DNA from: Azolla caroliniana
Lineage: Eukaryota > Plantae > Polypodiophyta
Reading direction: 5' to 3'
Length of the DNA: 64,000 nucleotides
Assembly (NCBI GenBank): GCA_043228905.1
Contig: JBHGNT010000018.1
Span: forward strand, 13,268,001-13,332,000
In this document: positions 63,132 to 64,000 of the stretch, piece by piece
How positions within the stretch are numbered: the first letter of the stretch is position 1
Layout: the number at the start of each line of letters is the position of its first letter
The notes under the pieces: generated by a model
The model's input: the letters and a program-made list of their open reading frames with translations, nothing else
What the model was told of the DNA's origin: nothing
Databases searched by the model: none
Position numbers and translations under genes: made by a program

Positions 63132-63595
63132 TTGCTCTTGTGTCGCCATGTCGATACTACTCGACCTTGCAGAAAGTTGGATTACAAGAATTTGGGGCCT
63201 TTCCGCATCATTGAATGTGTCAATCCTGTCACTCTCTGCCTGGAACTTCCTCCACATTTCCGGATTCAGAATGTTTTCCATGCCTCTCTTCTTGAACCTT
63301 ATCATCCATCCACTATTCCTGGAAGACACTCTCCACCTCCACCTCCACCTCCACCTCCACCTCCAATTGAGCTTTCCATAGGTGAGGAGTATGAGGTGGA
63401 CAAGATTCTGGACTCTCGTTGGCATCGACGACAACTTCAATACTTAGTCCTATGGAAAGGGTATCCCATTTCAGAGGCAACTTGGGAACCATCCCAACAC
63501 TTGGAGAATGCACTGGATGTTATTCATGCATTTCATCAAGGTTATCTACAAAAACCGGGGAGGCATCTTCGGAGGTGGCCTTACCAAGGGGATAA
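63132..63595 (+). CDS. integrase C-terminus, poly-Pro linker and chromodomain
   Basis: GPF..VFHASLLEPY..PPPPPPPPPP..EEYEVDKILDSRW..WKGY..TWEP. Confidence 0.85.
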
Positions 63596-64000
63596 TGTCA
63601 TGGACATGACAACAGTCATGTCATGATTCGAACCCTTAATCTACTGTATTTAATCGATATGTTTAAACCAATACATCCAATACATAATCATGTTACCTTA
63701 CTAGATTATTGTAGATTATCTATTCTACATGCTAAGGATTTTAGAAACTTCCAGAAAGCTCCAGAAGCTACAACATTCTAGAAGCTTGTGCATGAAAATG
63801 AGTCTTTGCATGGGGCTACATTTAGAGCCCATAAACATGTATAAATACAAGGGTTCACCTTGGCCTTAGTCAAGGTGAACAACACCACTTATAGAATCAT
63901 AATTCAGTTCTTGTTCTCTTGACTACTTTTTGTCTCTCTTTCTTATTATCTTGTCTATAATCTCTCTCTCACTCTCTTAGTATTGAGCCTCTTCTACTTG
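63596..64000 (+). repeat. 3' LTR, running off the window
   Basis: direct repeat of 51805-52089. Confidence 0.92.

Larger units (their letters stand above)
51805..64000 (+). mobile_element. Tcn1-type chromovirus with rearranged 5' LTR, gag-PR-RT-RH, nested insertion 54663-61769, IN, chromodomain and 3' LTR from 63596
   Basis: paired LTRs TGTCATGGACATGAC; LPNKFDG; ALLDSGA; SMDFIT; YEVDKILDSR..YLVLWKGYPISEATWEP; PPT AAGGGGATAA. Confidence 0.92.

Noticed and set aside
63331-63365. (CCACCT)n tract
   Set aside because: An expanded version of the ordinary poly-Pro linker before the chromodomain

Overview
The window is a gene-free mosaic of nested transposable elements from a plant genome, with one 100-N scaffold gap. 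The host is probably a non-seed plant such as a fern, lycophyte or bryophyte; this is inferred from self-priming Tcn1-type chromoviruses and RTEX-like LINEs. It contains several Ty1/copia elements, non-chromovirus Ty3/gypsy elements with a long extra ORF after pol, three self-priming chromoviruses, two iMet-primed chromoviruses, a young gag-only element with a tRNA-Trp PBS, two LINE copies and two hAT-type non-autonomous elements. No host gene, rRNA, intact tRNA or CRISPR array was found. Three observations stand out. (1) Three gypsy copies carry a conserved hairpin-containing mimic of a tRNA-Arg 3' half at the 3' end of the internal region. In two copies, with unrelated LTRs, it ends in CCA 2-5 nt before the 3' LTR in place of a polypurine tract, suggesting tRNA- or tRNA-mimic-primed plus-strand synthesis. 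(2) Four LTR families carry an antisense tRNA-derived A-box/B-box cassette near the start of U3, with a 32-33 nt spacing. (3) One 5' LTR preserves what looks like the exact product of self-primed minus-strand strong-stop synthesis. All coordinates were read by eye and may be off by a few bases; tRNA identities are recalled from memory, not searched.
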